64,000 bases of DNA from a virus (IMGVR_UViG_3300009111_000005:23371-87370), one strand, 5' to 3'; counted from the stretch's first letter, positions 7,635-16,218 are shown. Translations and numbers: made by a program. The notes: a model not told the origin generated them from the sequence alone.

Positions 7635-8623
7635 TCACCCCACGCGACTACAAGGATGCGATGCTCGTTCAGGACGCTTGCAACCTCAGCGGCGTCGTCA
7701 TCAGCTTCACAGCCCTGCTGAAGAAGCTCCGTGAGTTCTTCGAGAGGACGAGTGATCCGCAGTTGCCCGTATCAGAGTTGAACAGGCATCCGATTGCCGT
7801 GATGTTCGCCTCGAAGATCCACAGTCTCACGAGCGCGGGTGCGAAAGGTCTTCCCGATCTCGAGGACCTCCGTCACGAGGACGGCAAGCAGCTTCTCTTC
7901 TACAGCGAACTGCTTCAAACCGTCATTGCCAACCTCAAGCTCCTACTCGAGGCGCATCATCTCCCGTGGGACACTGAGATCGTGAACCGGCACGAGGTGT
8001 GTCGTGTCATCGCACGCAGAATGGCAGAACTGACGCACTGCGAGTCGATGCAGGTCTTCTCGCTCGCGTACGAGGCCTGTCAGCAGGCGGAGCACTTCGA
8101 GATCGGGGGTGCGCTCGCGAGTTGTGTTCCCGCGAGCGAGACCTGGCTACATCAGGTGATGTCGCCTTCGGTTGAAAAAGCAAAAGAGGCGATGGAGACA
8201 CCGGATGCAGACGTGCCGGACGTAGAGACTCTTCAAGGTCTTCTGTCTCTTGGAGGCTACGTGCTGCATTCGAAGATCGTTGCCGCGTGGACTGATGCTG
8301 AAAAGCGTGAGGTCGAGGGGTACTGTGCGGCGGTGCATCTGGCAGCATCGGATAACGACGTGACCATTCCGGCTCTTCCTGCGGTGCTGGCGTCTCGTGC
8401 ATCCCTCCTGGGTTCCGAAGATCCGGAATGGGTCTGCGAATGTGGTGGTTTTGGCGTCACGCGTGGCCTACTCTTCGACCGCGTAGAGAGTGTCTTTCGG
8501 TGCCCGCTGTGCCACGCGACAACGACCATCGAGCCGCTCACCGCGGCGCTCAAGGCGGAGCTGAAGACACCTCGGATGCTGGCGTTTGCGATGGGTCAAC
8601 TCAAGGAGGGCGAGGTGCCCTGA
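7631..8623 (+). CDS. hypothetical protein with C-terminal zinc ribbon
   Basis: 330 aa; CECGG...CPLCH. Confidence 0.75.
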   Translation: MITPRDYKDAMLVQDACNLSGVVISFTALLKKLREFFERTSDPQLPVSELNRHPIAVMFASKIHSLTSAGAKGLPDLEDLRHEDGKQLLFYSELLQTVIANLKLLLEAHHLPWDTEIVNRHEVCRVIARRMAELTHCESMQVFSLAYEACQQAEHFEIGGALASCVPASETWLHQVMSPSVEKAKEAMETPDADVPDVETLQGLLSLGGYVLHSKIVAAWTDAEKREVEGYCAAVHLAASDNDVTIPALPAVLASRASLLGSEDPEWVCECGGFGVTRGLLFDRVESVFRCPLCHATTTIEPLTAALKAELKTPRMLAFAMGQLKEGEVP

Positions 8624-9093
8624 TGGCGGATGAACCGAAGGCAGAAGAGAAGCCACGTTCACGCATCAAACTTGTCTTCGTGGGTGTTCGTCAGAGCATG
8701 AAGAACGACATGATGTACGTCTTCCACAAGATCATGGAGGATGGCATCACGCTCGAGAAGGAATCGCGTTCGTACAGCAAGCTCAAGAACATCGGTCGTG
8801 CGGGCAGCATCTGGTCCGTGGAGGTATCCCCTGATCAGGAGAGCACGATCTACACGAACACGATGAAGTACGAAGGCATGTGGGGCTCGACGTACAAAGT
8901 CGTGGAGTGGCAAGCTCTCTCGGATGCCGCCATCACCGCCATTGGGTTGGAACGTCGCAAAGCGAAGGAGACTTCGAACAACGAAGTCTTCGAGTGTCTC
9001 GAGCCTTTGCGCAAAGCGTACGCCAAGGCTGTGGGCCGAGAGCGGCAGATCCTGCTCGCTCAAGTCGTCGAATACGTCACACGACGTTCTTGA
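8623..9093 (+). CDS. hypothetical protein
   Basis: TGATG overlap; GAGG RBS. Confidence 0.75.
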   Translation: MADEPKAEEKPRSRIKLVFVGVRQSMKNDMMYVFHKIMEDGITLEKESRSYSKLKNIGRAGSIWSVEVSPDQESTIYTNTMKYEGMWGSTYKVVEWQALSDAAITAIGLERRKAKETSNNEVFECLEPLRKAYAKAVGRERQILLAQVVEYVTRRS

Positions 9094-9119
9094 CAATGTC
9101 GGCCAGATAAACATACGAT
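9090..9119 (+). promoter_or_regulatory. sigma70-like promoter
   Basis: TTGACA (9090) - 18 bp - TACGAT (9114). Confidence 0.55.
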
Positions 9120-9169
9120 GAAGCCGCTTTCAGGGTCAGTTCGTTCCTTGAGAATGGAATAGTCGGTCG

Positions 9170-9640
9170 TGATGTCCATGTCTTGGCTCTGCGTACCGGC
9201 TTGCGTGGACCTTCTCTTCGGAGGGGGTGGTGCGCAGGGCCATTTTCTTCTACACTGGAGAACGCATGCTGCACACACTCATCAGTGTTGTGCTGCGGGT
9301 TCTTGTCTGGTGGCCGGCTCTGGTCGGTCACCCGAGGGCGCCGCCCGGCCTGGACCGCCAGGGCGACGCGATCACACCCAGAGAAGCGTGCTGGTTCTTC
9401 GCGTACCAACCTACAAACCCCGCAGGCTGTTGGTGCCTGGTCAGGACTGTGGTTGCGTACTTGCTCATCGGATAGAGAACAAGACCCCGGTGAGCGCGAG
9501 GGAAATGGGTGCCTCGCAAACGGTCCAGACCGCAGCCACGGTCAAACGACGCGTGTCGCCTCGTGAACTGAGAGAAGACTGGGAAGTACCCGTGCCGGGC
9601 GATGAGAAAACCGTTGCAGGCTCATCGCCCGGCTCGGCTT
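9170..9640 (+). ncRNA. large structured ncRNA candidate upstream of tRNA-Glu and tmRNA
   Basis: 13-bp stems 9185-9197/9229-9241 (with G-U pairs) and 9594-9606/9621-9633; C(UUCG)G hairpin at 9209-9228. Confidence 0.45.
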
Positions 9641-9657
9641 TTACTGAGTAAAGAAAT

Positions 9658-9730
9658 GATCCCATCGTCTAGAGGCCCAGGACATCGGCCTTTCACGCCG
9701 ACGACACGGGTTCAAATCCCGTTGGGATCG
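9658..9730 (+). tRNA. tRNA-Glu(TTC)
   Basis: Full cloverleaf; anticodon loop CTTTCAC; no encoded CCA. Confidence 0.95.
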
Positions 9731-9733
9731 CTC

Positions 9734-10111
9734 GGGGGTGAACTGGCTTCGACGTGGGTACAGAAACACGCAGGGCGAGCCGGGGAGGGTTACCGTTCTC
9801 CGTTAAAACATGGTGACAAACTCAACTGCCAACGACAACGTCGGCAAGCCGCTGGGGTTCGCCCCGGTAGCTCTCGCAGCCTAAGGGTTGCGACGTTCTG
9901 CGGATGACCTTTGCCTCGTGTGGTCATCCGTGGGGCGCAATCGAACGCGGGGCAAGCCGGTGTGAGCCCGTGAGCACTGGCCACAATACGGGAACCGACC
10001 CTCAGGTCAGTGTCCTCTCTGTCTGATGGGGCGTTATTCTCTGGAGAGACTACGCTCGTAGTCCTGCGTGTGAAGTACTTGCGGACCCGGGTTCGATTCC
10101 CGGCACCTCCA
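9734..10111 (+). ncRNA. ssrA: tmRNA (transfer-messenger RNA)
   Basis: GGGGGTG/CACCTCC acceptor stem, T-arm GGGTTCGATTCCC, tag ORF 9828-9884 ANDNVGKPLGFAPVALAA*. Confidence 0.95.
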
Positions 10112-10163
10112 AAATGAACTCCTTTTGCGGGTACAAGAATGTGTACCCAGAAAGGAGATTCGA

Positions 10164-10385
10164 TTGGAGATCAAATTGACGGTGTGGCCGGTCAATACGA
10201 CCGGGAAGAAGGACGCGAAGGAAAAGGACGGGGAACTCTCTCTGCTCGGTGCGTTGAAGGCAAACGAGGAGTGTGTTGAGTGTGTGCTGTTGTTGGACGG
10301 AAAGGAAGTGCAGCGGTTCGAGGTCAATGCGGAGGACCTCGAGAACGCCATGCGTACACTGCGCGCTTTCACGGCGCATCAGTAA
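10164..10385 (+). CDS. small hypothetical protein
   Basis: AAAGGAG RBS, TTG start, own promoter motif, terminator-like hairpin downstream. Confidence 0.65.
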   Translation: MEIKLTVWPVNTTGKKDAKEKDGELSLLGALKANEECVECVLLLDGKEVQRFEVNAEDLENAMRTLRAFTAHQ

Positions 10386-10448
10386 CGCACGGTGTGTACA
10401 TCAGTAGGGCCCTGTGCAATGCAGGGAGTTTTTTTGGTTCAAATAGTC

Positions 10449-10521
10449 GCTGGCGTAGCTCAGTCGGTAGAGCAGTTGCCTTGTAAGCAACTGGTCGCGG
10501 GTTCGATTCCTGTCGCCAGCT
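10449..10521 (+). tRNA. tRNA-Thr(TGT)
   Basis: Canonical cloverleaf; loop CTTGTAA. Confidence 0.95.
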
Positions 10522-10586
10522 CTGGTGGGCTCTGGATAAGTGATCGCGGCTCAACGGAGATGATGCCGGGTACCAGACCCACTTTT

Positions 10587-10658
10587 GGGGACATAACTCA
10601 ATGGGAGAGTGCCGGCTTTGCAAGCCGGAAGTTGCGGGTTCAACCCCCGCTGTCTCCA
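10587..10658 (+). tRNA. tRNA-Ala(TGC)
   Basis: Cloverleaf; G3:U70 pair; loop TTTGCAA. Confidence 0.95.
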
Positions 10659-10868
10659 CTGTGTCGTCGGGCTTCCAGCCTGCCGGCGCTGCGCCTCCTC
10701 ACTTCGAAGTCGGTGCAGTTTGGGCCGAGGGAGACGCCTTGTAGCACAACGTGTGCATCATTACGTGTGCGACAAAACTCCAAGGGCAGCAAACCTTGGT
10801 CGACAAATCGCACGCCTCTTGCTGGAGGAAACCGAAGAGAGTTCTCTTCGGGTGCACACGTTTTTCAC

Positions 10869-10940
10869 TGGGGTGTCGACAAGTGGAAAGTCACGGGATT
10901 TTGGTTCCCGCATTCGAAGGTTCGAATCCTTCCACCCCAA
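10869..10940 (+). tRNA. tRNA-Gln(TTG)
   Basis: Cloverleaf; loop TTTTGGT. Confidence 0.93.
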
Positions 10941-10944
10941 CACA

Positions 10945-11017
10945 GGGAGCGTAGCTCAGTTGGTAGAGCATCAGACTTTTAATCTGGCGGCCGAGGGTTC
11001 GAGTCCCTCCGCTCTCA
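10945..11017 (+). tRNA. tRNA-Lys(TTT)
   Basis: Cloverleaf; loop CTTTTAA. Confidence 0.95.
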
Positions 11018-11021
11018 CAGC

Positions 11022-11093
11022 GGTCGGTTGGCGCAGCGGAAGCGCACCTGCCTTACACGCAGGGTGCCGGGGGTTCGAATCCCTCACCGACCA
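11022..11093 (+). tRNA. tRNA-Val(TAC)
   Basis: Cloverleaf; loop CTTACAC. Confidence 0.95.
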
Positions 11094-11102
11094 CGGAATA
11101 GC

Positions 11103-11270
11103 CTATCCTTCTTCTCGATGTTTGTTGGTTCGCTTCATGGCTTCGTAACGTTCGCGTGCTTGTGCATCGTCTGCATTGGCATTGCGCAGACCCTTCAACT
11201 TGCCTTGTGTGGCAGGTTTCACAGTAGGGCCTGCGGGGCCGGGTTCTTTGGGGCGAGGCAGCATCTTCAT
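11103..11270 (-). CDS. small hypothetical protein (55 aa)
   Basis: MKMLPRPKEPGPAG...; ATGA overlap with the upstream gene; below the ORF-track cut-off. Confidence 0.5.
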   Translation of the reverse strand: MKMLPRPKEPGPAGPTVKPATQGKLKGLRNANADDAQARERYEAMKRTNKHREEG

Positions 11271-11620
11271 GGGGTCACTCTTTCGTGTTGTTCGCGAAGT
11301 TCATCGCGTACCACTGTCACATTCGTTGCAAGTTCCTGGATGGCGTTCCAGTCGTGCCGGTCAAATGCGACGGTAGCGATCGTAACACCATCGATGAGCA
11401 TTTGGCGAATGTGGTTCAGAACGGCATCAGTCCCCAAGCACTCTTCGTTTTCGCGAGCGATGTGTTCGAGGGCATCTTCCTGGATGCGACCAAGCGCATG
11501 GAGTAGGCTGATATCTTCTTTCGCGATCAAGGCCAACAAGACATCGATGAACATGGTCAGAAGTGAGATCAACGCTGGGGTACAGAACGGTGGACGTCCT
11601 GGAAACCAGAGTTGGGTCAT
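11267..11620 (-). CDS. hypothetical helical protein
   Basis: 117-aa ORF with protein-like composition. Confidence 0.65.
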   Translation of the reverse strand: MTQLWFPGRPPFCTPALISLLTMFIDVLLALIAKEDISLLHALGRIQEDALEHIARENEECLGTDAVLNHIRQMLIDGVTIATVAFDRHDWNAIQELATNVTVVRDELREQHERVTP

Positions 11621-11774
11621 GAGACCAAATTATCAAGCTGCGTAGACAAAGTCGAGTTGTGACTAGCGAGCGTAACGCTCGCATAGAGAACTCATAGGAG
11701 TTCACTGCTAGTTGGCATCTTCGCCTCGAGCCAGGCTCCGATGCCCAACAAAGTACGCAGCGGAAGGATGGCAG

Positions 11775-12047
11775 ATGCGCTTTTTTTGTTTACATCGCGT
11801 AGAAGACGAGACGGGGGTGTCGGGTAACGGTGTTGTTGCGTGGGGTACACAGTGGCCCGACGGTTCTGTGTCGATGCGATGGCTCGGCAAAACACCCAGC
11901 TTCGTGAGCTACGAAGGGGGTATTGAGCACGTTCAAACAGTGCATGGACATCACGGCAAGACGATCATCATCTGGCAGGAATCATGTCGTTGCAAGGATC
12001 AGCATGACAGCTCTTCAAGTGGTTCAGGATCTTCCGTTCCCGGATGA
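11775..12047 (+). CDS. conserved small phage protein
   Basis: MRFFCLHRVEDETGVSGNGVVAWG...DGSVSMRW...HGHHGKT resembles a common phage family. Confidence 0.7.
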   Translation: MRFFCLHRVEDETGVSGNGVVAWGTQWPDGSVSMRWLGKTPSFVSYEGGIEHVQTVHGHHGKTIIIWQESCRCKDQHDSSSSGSGSSVPG

Positions 12048-13752
12048 CGCAGTCACGGAGACATTCGCGTTCATCGGACGGAAGGGTGCGGGTAAGACGT
12101 ACGGGGCAGGACGGTTCGTAGAAGAGCTACTCGAGATCAAAGCGCAGGTTGTGGTTGTCGATACGGTCGGTAACTGGTATGGGTTGCGCCTCAGCAAGAC
12201 AGGCAAACGCCAGGGCTACGACCTTCCTGTGTTCGGAGGCGAGCACGGGGATGTTCCTCTTGAGCGCACTGGCGGCGCACTCGTCGCGGATGTGCTCGTA
12301 GACCGGAACGTCTCTGTGGTGCTTGATCTGACTCTGTTCAATCAGTCTGCCCGTCAGCAGTTCATGGTGGACTTCGCGGAGCGTCTCTTTCATCGGAAGA
12401 CGCGTCAGCGTTCACCTATGCACCTTGTGCTCGAGGAAGCGCAGCGCTTGATCCCGCAGCAGACGCAAGGCAAAGGTGGGCTCATTCCTCGCCTCAAGGG
12501 CGCCATGGAAGAGATCGTCCGCATCGGCCGGAACTATGGCATCGGTTGTTCAATGCTTACCCAGCGGCCTCAGTCGGTCGACAAAGAGGTGCTCAATCAG
12601 ACTGAGTGTCTTGTGGTGTTCCAGACCGTGGGCACGCATGAGCGCCGGGCCATCAAGGAGTGGATCGTTGACAAGGGGCTCGATGTAGACCTCATCGATG
12701 AACTGCCTTCGCTTCCGGTGGGCACAGCGTACGTCTGGTCACCGCAGTGGCTCTCAACGCTGGGCAAGCACAAAGTGCTGCCGAAGCGCACCTACGACAC
12801 GTCTGCGACGCCAAAACTCGGAATGAAGCGGCTGCCGCCAAGGCCTCTTTCCCGTGGAGACCTATCAGAGCTTCAAACCGCGATGTCCGAGTCCATCACC
12901 AAGGCTGAAGAACACGACCCGAGTGCATTACGCCGTAAAGTACAAACGCTCACTGCGGAACTCGCAAAGCTTCGGGCACAAACGCCGGCCGAACCGAAGG
13001 TCGAGACACGCGTCAAAGAGAAGTCGGTGCTCACGGCCAGAGATAGAACGTTGCTTTCACGTTTGTGCAACGTCTTCATGTCTGAAGGAAACCGTCTCGA
13101 GCACCTGGTCGAAGGTATGCGTGGTGATGCGTTGGCTGCATCCAACATTGTGACACACGTACAGCAACTTTTGATTCCTGCATCGCCTACAGCGCTTGCT
13201 TCTCTTTCAGTGAAACCGCCTGTTCAACCTCCGATGAAACAGCCTCGTGCAGTGAAACCGGTGAAGCCTGACGGTGATGTGCAGCTCATCGGTAAGATGC
13301 GCGACATGCTTGCTGCTCTCGCAGCTACCACAGGTCACACGCTCAGCCGCAAGCAACTGGCCGTCCAAGTGGGCATGAGCGTGAAGTCGGGCGGCTTCAA
13401 TAACTACGTCGGCATGCTCTCTCGACAGGGGCTCGTCACGACTGCCAACGGAAACGTCGCGCTCACAGACACGGGGGCGTACCACGCAGAGGGCATCGAG
13501 ATCGCGCACACGCCTGACGAGGTTTTCGCGCTGTGGTTGCCCAAGCTCGTGGGCAAGACCAAGGACATTTTGACGTTGCTCTTCAAACACCCAACGCGAA
13601 TCTTCACACGCGCACAGGTGGCGGAAGAGGTCGGAATGAGCGTATCCTCGGGTGGCTTCAACAACTACGTGGGGATGCTCAGTAGACTCAATCTCATCGT
13701 CACAGGACACGGGTCGATGCGCCTCAACTGTGACGTGTTCAATCTTTCATGA
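12004..13752 (+). CDS. HerA/DUF87-like P-loop ATPase with tandem C-terminal winged helices
   Basis: Walker A GRKGAGKT, Walker B LVLEEAQ, GRNYGIG and TQRPQ motifs; duplicated SGGFNNYVGMLSR. Confidence 0.85.
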   Translation: MTALQVVQDLPFPDDAVTETFAFIGRKGAGKTYGAGRFVEELLEIKAQVVVVDTVGNWYGLRLSKTGKRQGYDLPVFGGEHGDVPLERTGGALVADVLVDRNVSVVLDLTLFNQSARQQFMVDFAERLFHRKTRQRSPMHLVLEEAQRLIPQQTQGKGGLIPRLKGAMEEIVRIGRNYGIGCSMLTQRPQSVDKEVLNQTECLVVFQTVGTHERRAIKEWIVDKGLDVDLIDELPSLPVGTAYVWSPQWLSTLGKHKVLPKRTYDTSATPKLGMKRLPPRPLSRGDLSELQTAMSESITKAEEHDPSALRRKVQTLTAELAKLRAQTPAEPKVETRVKEKSVLTARDRTLLSRLCNVFMSEGNRLEHLVEGMRGDALAASNIVTHVQQLLIPASPTALASLSVKPPVQPPMKQPRAVKPVKPDGDVQLIGKMRDMLAALAATTGHTLSRKQLAVQVGMSVKSGGFNNYVGMLSRQGLVTTANGNVALTDTGAYHAEGIEIAHTPDEVFALWLPKLVGKTKDILTLLFKHPTRIFTRAQVAEEVGMSVSSGGFNNYVGMLSRLNLIVTGHGSMRLNCDVFNLS

Positions 13753-13765
13753 CAAGGAGAAAACG

Positions 13766-14002
13766 ATGAGTGAAGCACCCGAGACCCAGGAAGAGACCAC
13801 CCCGGTGGAGAACAACGAATCGGCTGACGTGCTGGTCATCGCTTCGAAGGTGAAGGCCTACGTCAAGACACTGGAGCCCACAATGCGTGTGGCCGGTGAC
13901 TTCGCAGAAGGTCTGACGAGCGAAGTGCAGTACCTCATCCGACGAGCCATCAGTCGCGCTCGGTTGAACGGACGTGGCACGGTGCAGGCGCGGGACGTGT
14001 AG
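13766..14002 (+). CDS. bacterial-type histone-fold protein
   Basis: VLVIASKVKAYVK...ARLNGRGTVQARDV resembles Bd0055-type bacterial histones, including the RxTV..RD signature. Confidence 0.85.
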   Translation: MSEAPETQEETTPVENNESADVLVIASKVKAYVKTLEPTMRVAGDFAEGLTSEVQYLIRRAISRARLNGRGTVQARDV

Positions 14003-14003
14003 T

Positions 14004-14516
14004 ATGCCGCTCAAGCATCCTGCACTTCAGCAGCTCAGCTTGTTGCCCTACGTCACGCTCGATGATGCACGGCAGACTGTCGCGAAAGCTGCGTACGGGA
14101 AGAAGGGCACGGTGTGCCCGTGCTGTGCCCAGATCGCCAAGGTATATACGCGCAAGCTCAATTCAGCGCTCGCACAGTTCCTCATCTGGATCGTGCGTTC
14201 CTATGAGGACAATCCTCGCTGGATTCACATCCGCGAGTTCCCGATGATTCAGAATCGTCGCGGCGGTGGGGACTTTGCGAAGCTCGTGCACTACGGGCTG
14301 CTCGAGCAGCGACCGAACGAAGACGACAAGAGCAAACGCACGTCTGGGCAATGGAAACCTACCCAGAAGGCGAACGACTTCGTGCACAAGCGCATCAAGT
14401 TGCCCGAGTACGTGCAGCTCTACGACAACTATGTGCAGGGCTTCGCTACGAAAGAGATCGACATCGAGGCAGCGCTCGGGCAGCAGTTCGACTATCAGGA
14501 GCTGATGAGCCGATGA
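14004..14516 (+). CDS. conserved phage hypothetical protein (CPCC, wHTH-like)
   Basis: CPCCAQIAKVYTRKL and GDFAKLVHYGL. Confidence 0.7.
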   Translation: MPLKHPALQQLSLLPYVTLDDARQTVAKAAYGKKGTVCPCCAQIAKVYTRKLNSALAQFLIWIVRSYEDNPRWIHIREFPMIQNRRGGGDFAKLVHYGLLEQRPNEDDKSKRTSGQWKPTQKANDFVHKRIKLPEYVQLYDNYVQGFATKEIDIEAALGQQFDYQELMSR

Positions 14517-14833
14517 CCGCTCAGTTTGACCGTAAACGAGTAGACCGTTTCGTGTCGCGCGTGAAGAACGCGTTTCAGGGCAACGATGTCGATCTGGTGA
14601 AGTTCTGGATCTACATCACCTACAACATCACGGACGATGCTGGTGTACCGCTCGCAGCGCGTCTCACGCCCGAGGACGAGTCCGGTGATGCGCCCTTGCG
14701 TGACACCTGGTTCGGGATGTCCTTGTGGGAGAAACAGGCGGTGCTCTTCGGTATGGTGCCGCTCATCGAGAGGTGCGCTGCTGTAGCTGCCGAAGCTGTA
14801 GCACAGCGTGCACGGAAAGAAGAACCGCTATGA
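14513..14833 (+). CDS. hypothetical protein
   Basis: ATGA overlaps at both ends. Confidence 0.65.
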   Translation: MTAQFDRKRVDRFVSRVKNAFQGNDVDLVKFWIYITYNITDDAGVPLAARLTPEDESGDAPLRDTWFGMSLWEKQAVLFGMVPLIERCAAVAAEAVAQRARKEEPL

Positions 14834-15420
14834 AGGCAGAGCAACACGAAGTATCAGACGTGGGCGTCATCGAGACCTTCACCAACAAGTATGTTCCGCC
14901 CTTTGATGTCAAACCGGAACACATCTGTATTGAAGACATTGCCCACGCGCTCTCGAATCAGTGTCGGTTCTCGGGGCACACGAAGCGCTTCTACTCGGTC
15001 GCTGAGCACGCCTGGCTCTGTTCGTACTACGCACCGGCGCATCTCGCAGCCGAGGCGCTCATGCATGATGCCGCAGAGGCGTACCTCATCGACATCCCTC
15101 GGCCGCTCAAGCTCTACGTGAACTTCTTCATCAGCGATGTGCGTCAGTTCAGCTACTACCAGGCTGAAGAGTACGTGCTCAAGGTGATCGGCGCCAAGTA
15201 CGAGCTGAAGCTGCATCCTCAGTTGGAGACGATCACCAAGCTGGACAACGCCCTTCTCGTGCGTGAGTATCTCACCCTCATCAATGAGAACTTGCCACCA
15301 GGACTCGTAGGGATGCCCCCACTGGACCTGACTACGCAGACGATCGTGGGACATCTTCCGTCGGTAGCGAAAGGCCTCTTCATGGCACGCGCTATCGAGT
15401 TGGGCATCGGCCGAAAGTGA
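14830..15420 (+). CDS. HD-domain phosphohydrolase (YfbR-like deoxynucleotidase)
   Basis: EDIAHALS..CRF.GH, YSVAEH and LMHDAAEAY motifs. Confidence 0.9.
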   Translation: MKAEQHEVSDVGVIETFTNKYVPPFDVKPEHICIEDIAHALSNQCRFSGHTKRFYSVAEHAWLCSYYAPAHLAAEALMHDAAEAYLIDIPRPLKLYVNFFISDVRQFSYYQAEEYVLKVIGAKYELKLHPQLETITKLDNALLVREYLTLINENLPPGLVGMPPLDLTTQTIVGHLPSVAKGLFMARAIELGIGRK

Positions 15421-15423
15421 GCC

Positions 15424-16029
15424 ATGAGCGCAACGAACCGCAAGCAGTCCGCGAAGGCCCACGACAAGTACCCCACGGACATTCGCTTGGTGCAGGCGGC
15501 GTTTGACCTGCTTACGGAGCACCATCCGCAGTTCGTTTCAAACGCGACACTGTTCCTGGAAGCGGGTGCGGGTCGTGGTCCATTCTGTGAGGTCGCGCGC
15601 ACGTACTGTCGCAATCTTCAGTGTCGTCCGCTCGGTGTGGAACTGCATCCGGACGTGAAGCGGTTCGACTATCAGCTCATGCAACAGGATTTCTTATGCT
15701 GGAAGTCGCCTATACGTTTTGATTTTCAAGCAACGAATCCTCCTTTCACCTACGCTGAAGACTTCATCCGCAAGGGTCTTGAGATGCTTCAACCGCAGGG
15801 CATGATGCTCTACCTCATGCGCATCGGTGTCGCTGCCAGTGTGGGACGTACCGAACTCTGGGAAGAGGTCATCAAGCTCAAGGAGCTGTGGCTGATTCGG
15901 CGAAGGCCAAATTTCAACACGACACGCTCGGGAAGCTCAGATGCGACCGAGTATGCCTACTTCCTCATGACACATCGCACTCGCGAGAACGCAAAAGTGC
16001 CCACCATCTTTCGCTGGCTCGATTGGTGA
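15424..16029 (+). CDS. amino (N6-adenine type) DNA methyltransferase
   Basis: FLEAGAGRG SAM-binding motif I and TNPPF motif IV. Confidence 0.85.
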   Translation: MSATNRKQSAKAHDKYPTDIRLVQAAFDLLTEHHPQFVSNATLFLEAGAGRGPFCEVARTYCRNLQCRPLGVELHPDVKRFDYQLMQQDFLCWKSPIRFDFQATNPPFTYAEDFIRKGLEMLQPQGMMLYLMRIGVAASVGRTELWEEVIKLKELWLIRRRPNFNTTRSGSSDATEYAYFLMTHRTRENAKVPTIFRWLDW

Positions 16030-16032
16030 CGC

Positions 16033-16218
16033 GTGCCGAAGACAACGCTCGTGTATGCGCAGTCCCTCGAAGACTTCGTGAAAGAGCTTCGCGCTGATGC
16101 CAACCGCTTCGAGCGCCACTGGGTGCAACAGCATAAGACGAAGCCCGATCAGTACCCCATGAAGATGGGCGGCGGGGACTGGTGGGAGCAGTTCTTGGCG
16201 TGGCTTGAGACCTCATGA
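16033..16218 (+). CDS. small hypothetical protein
   Basis: 61-aa ORF ending GDWWEQFLAWLETS. Confidence 0.6.
   Translation: MPKTTLVYAQSLEDFVKELRADANRFERHWVQQHKTKPDQYPMKMGGGDWWEQFLAWLETS

Noticed and set aside
9227-9475. 82-aa ORF in the structured region
   Set aside because: Weak codon bias and overlap with strong RNA stems; it cannot be excluded but is not supported.
14830-15420. DatZ of a 2-aminoadenine (Z) genome
   Set aside because: The HD fold is compatible, but no purZ or mazZ is in the window and an NPPF amino-methylase is adjacent. A generic YfbR-like call is safer.
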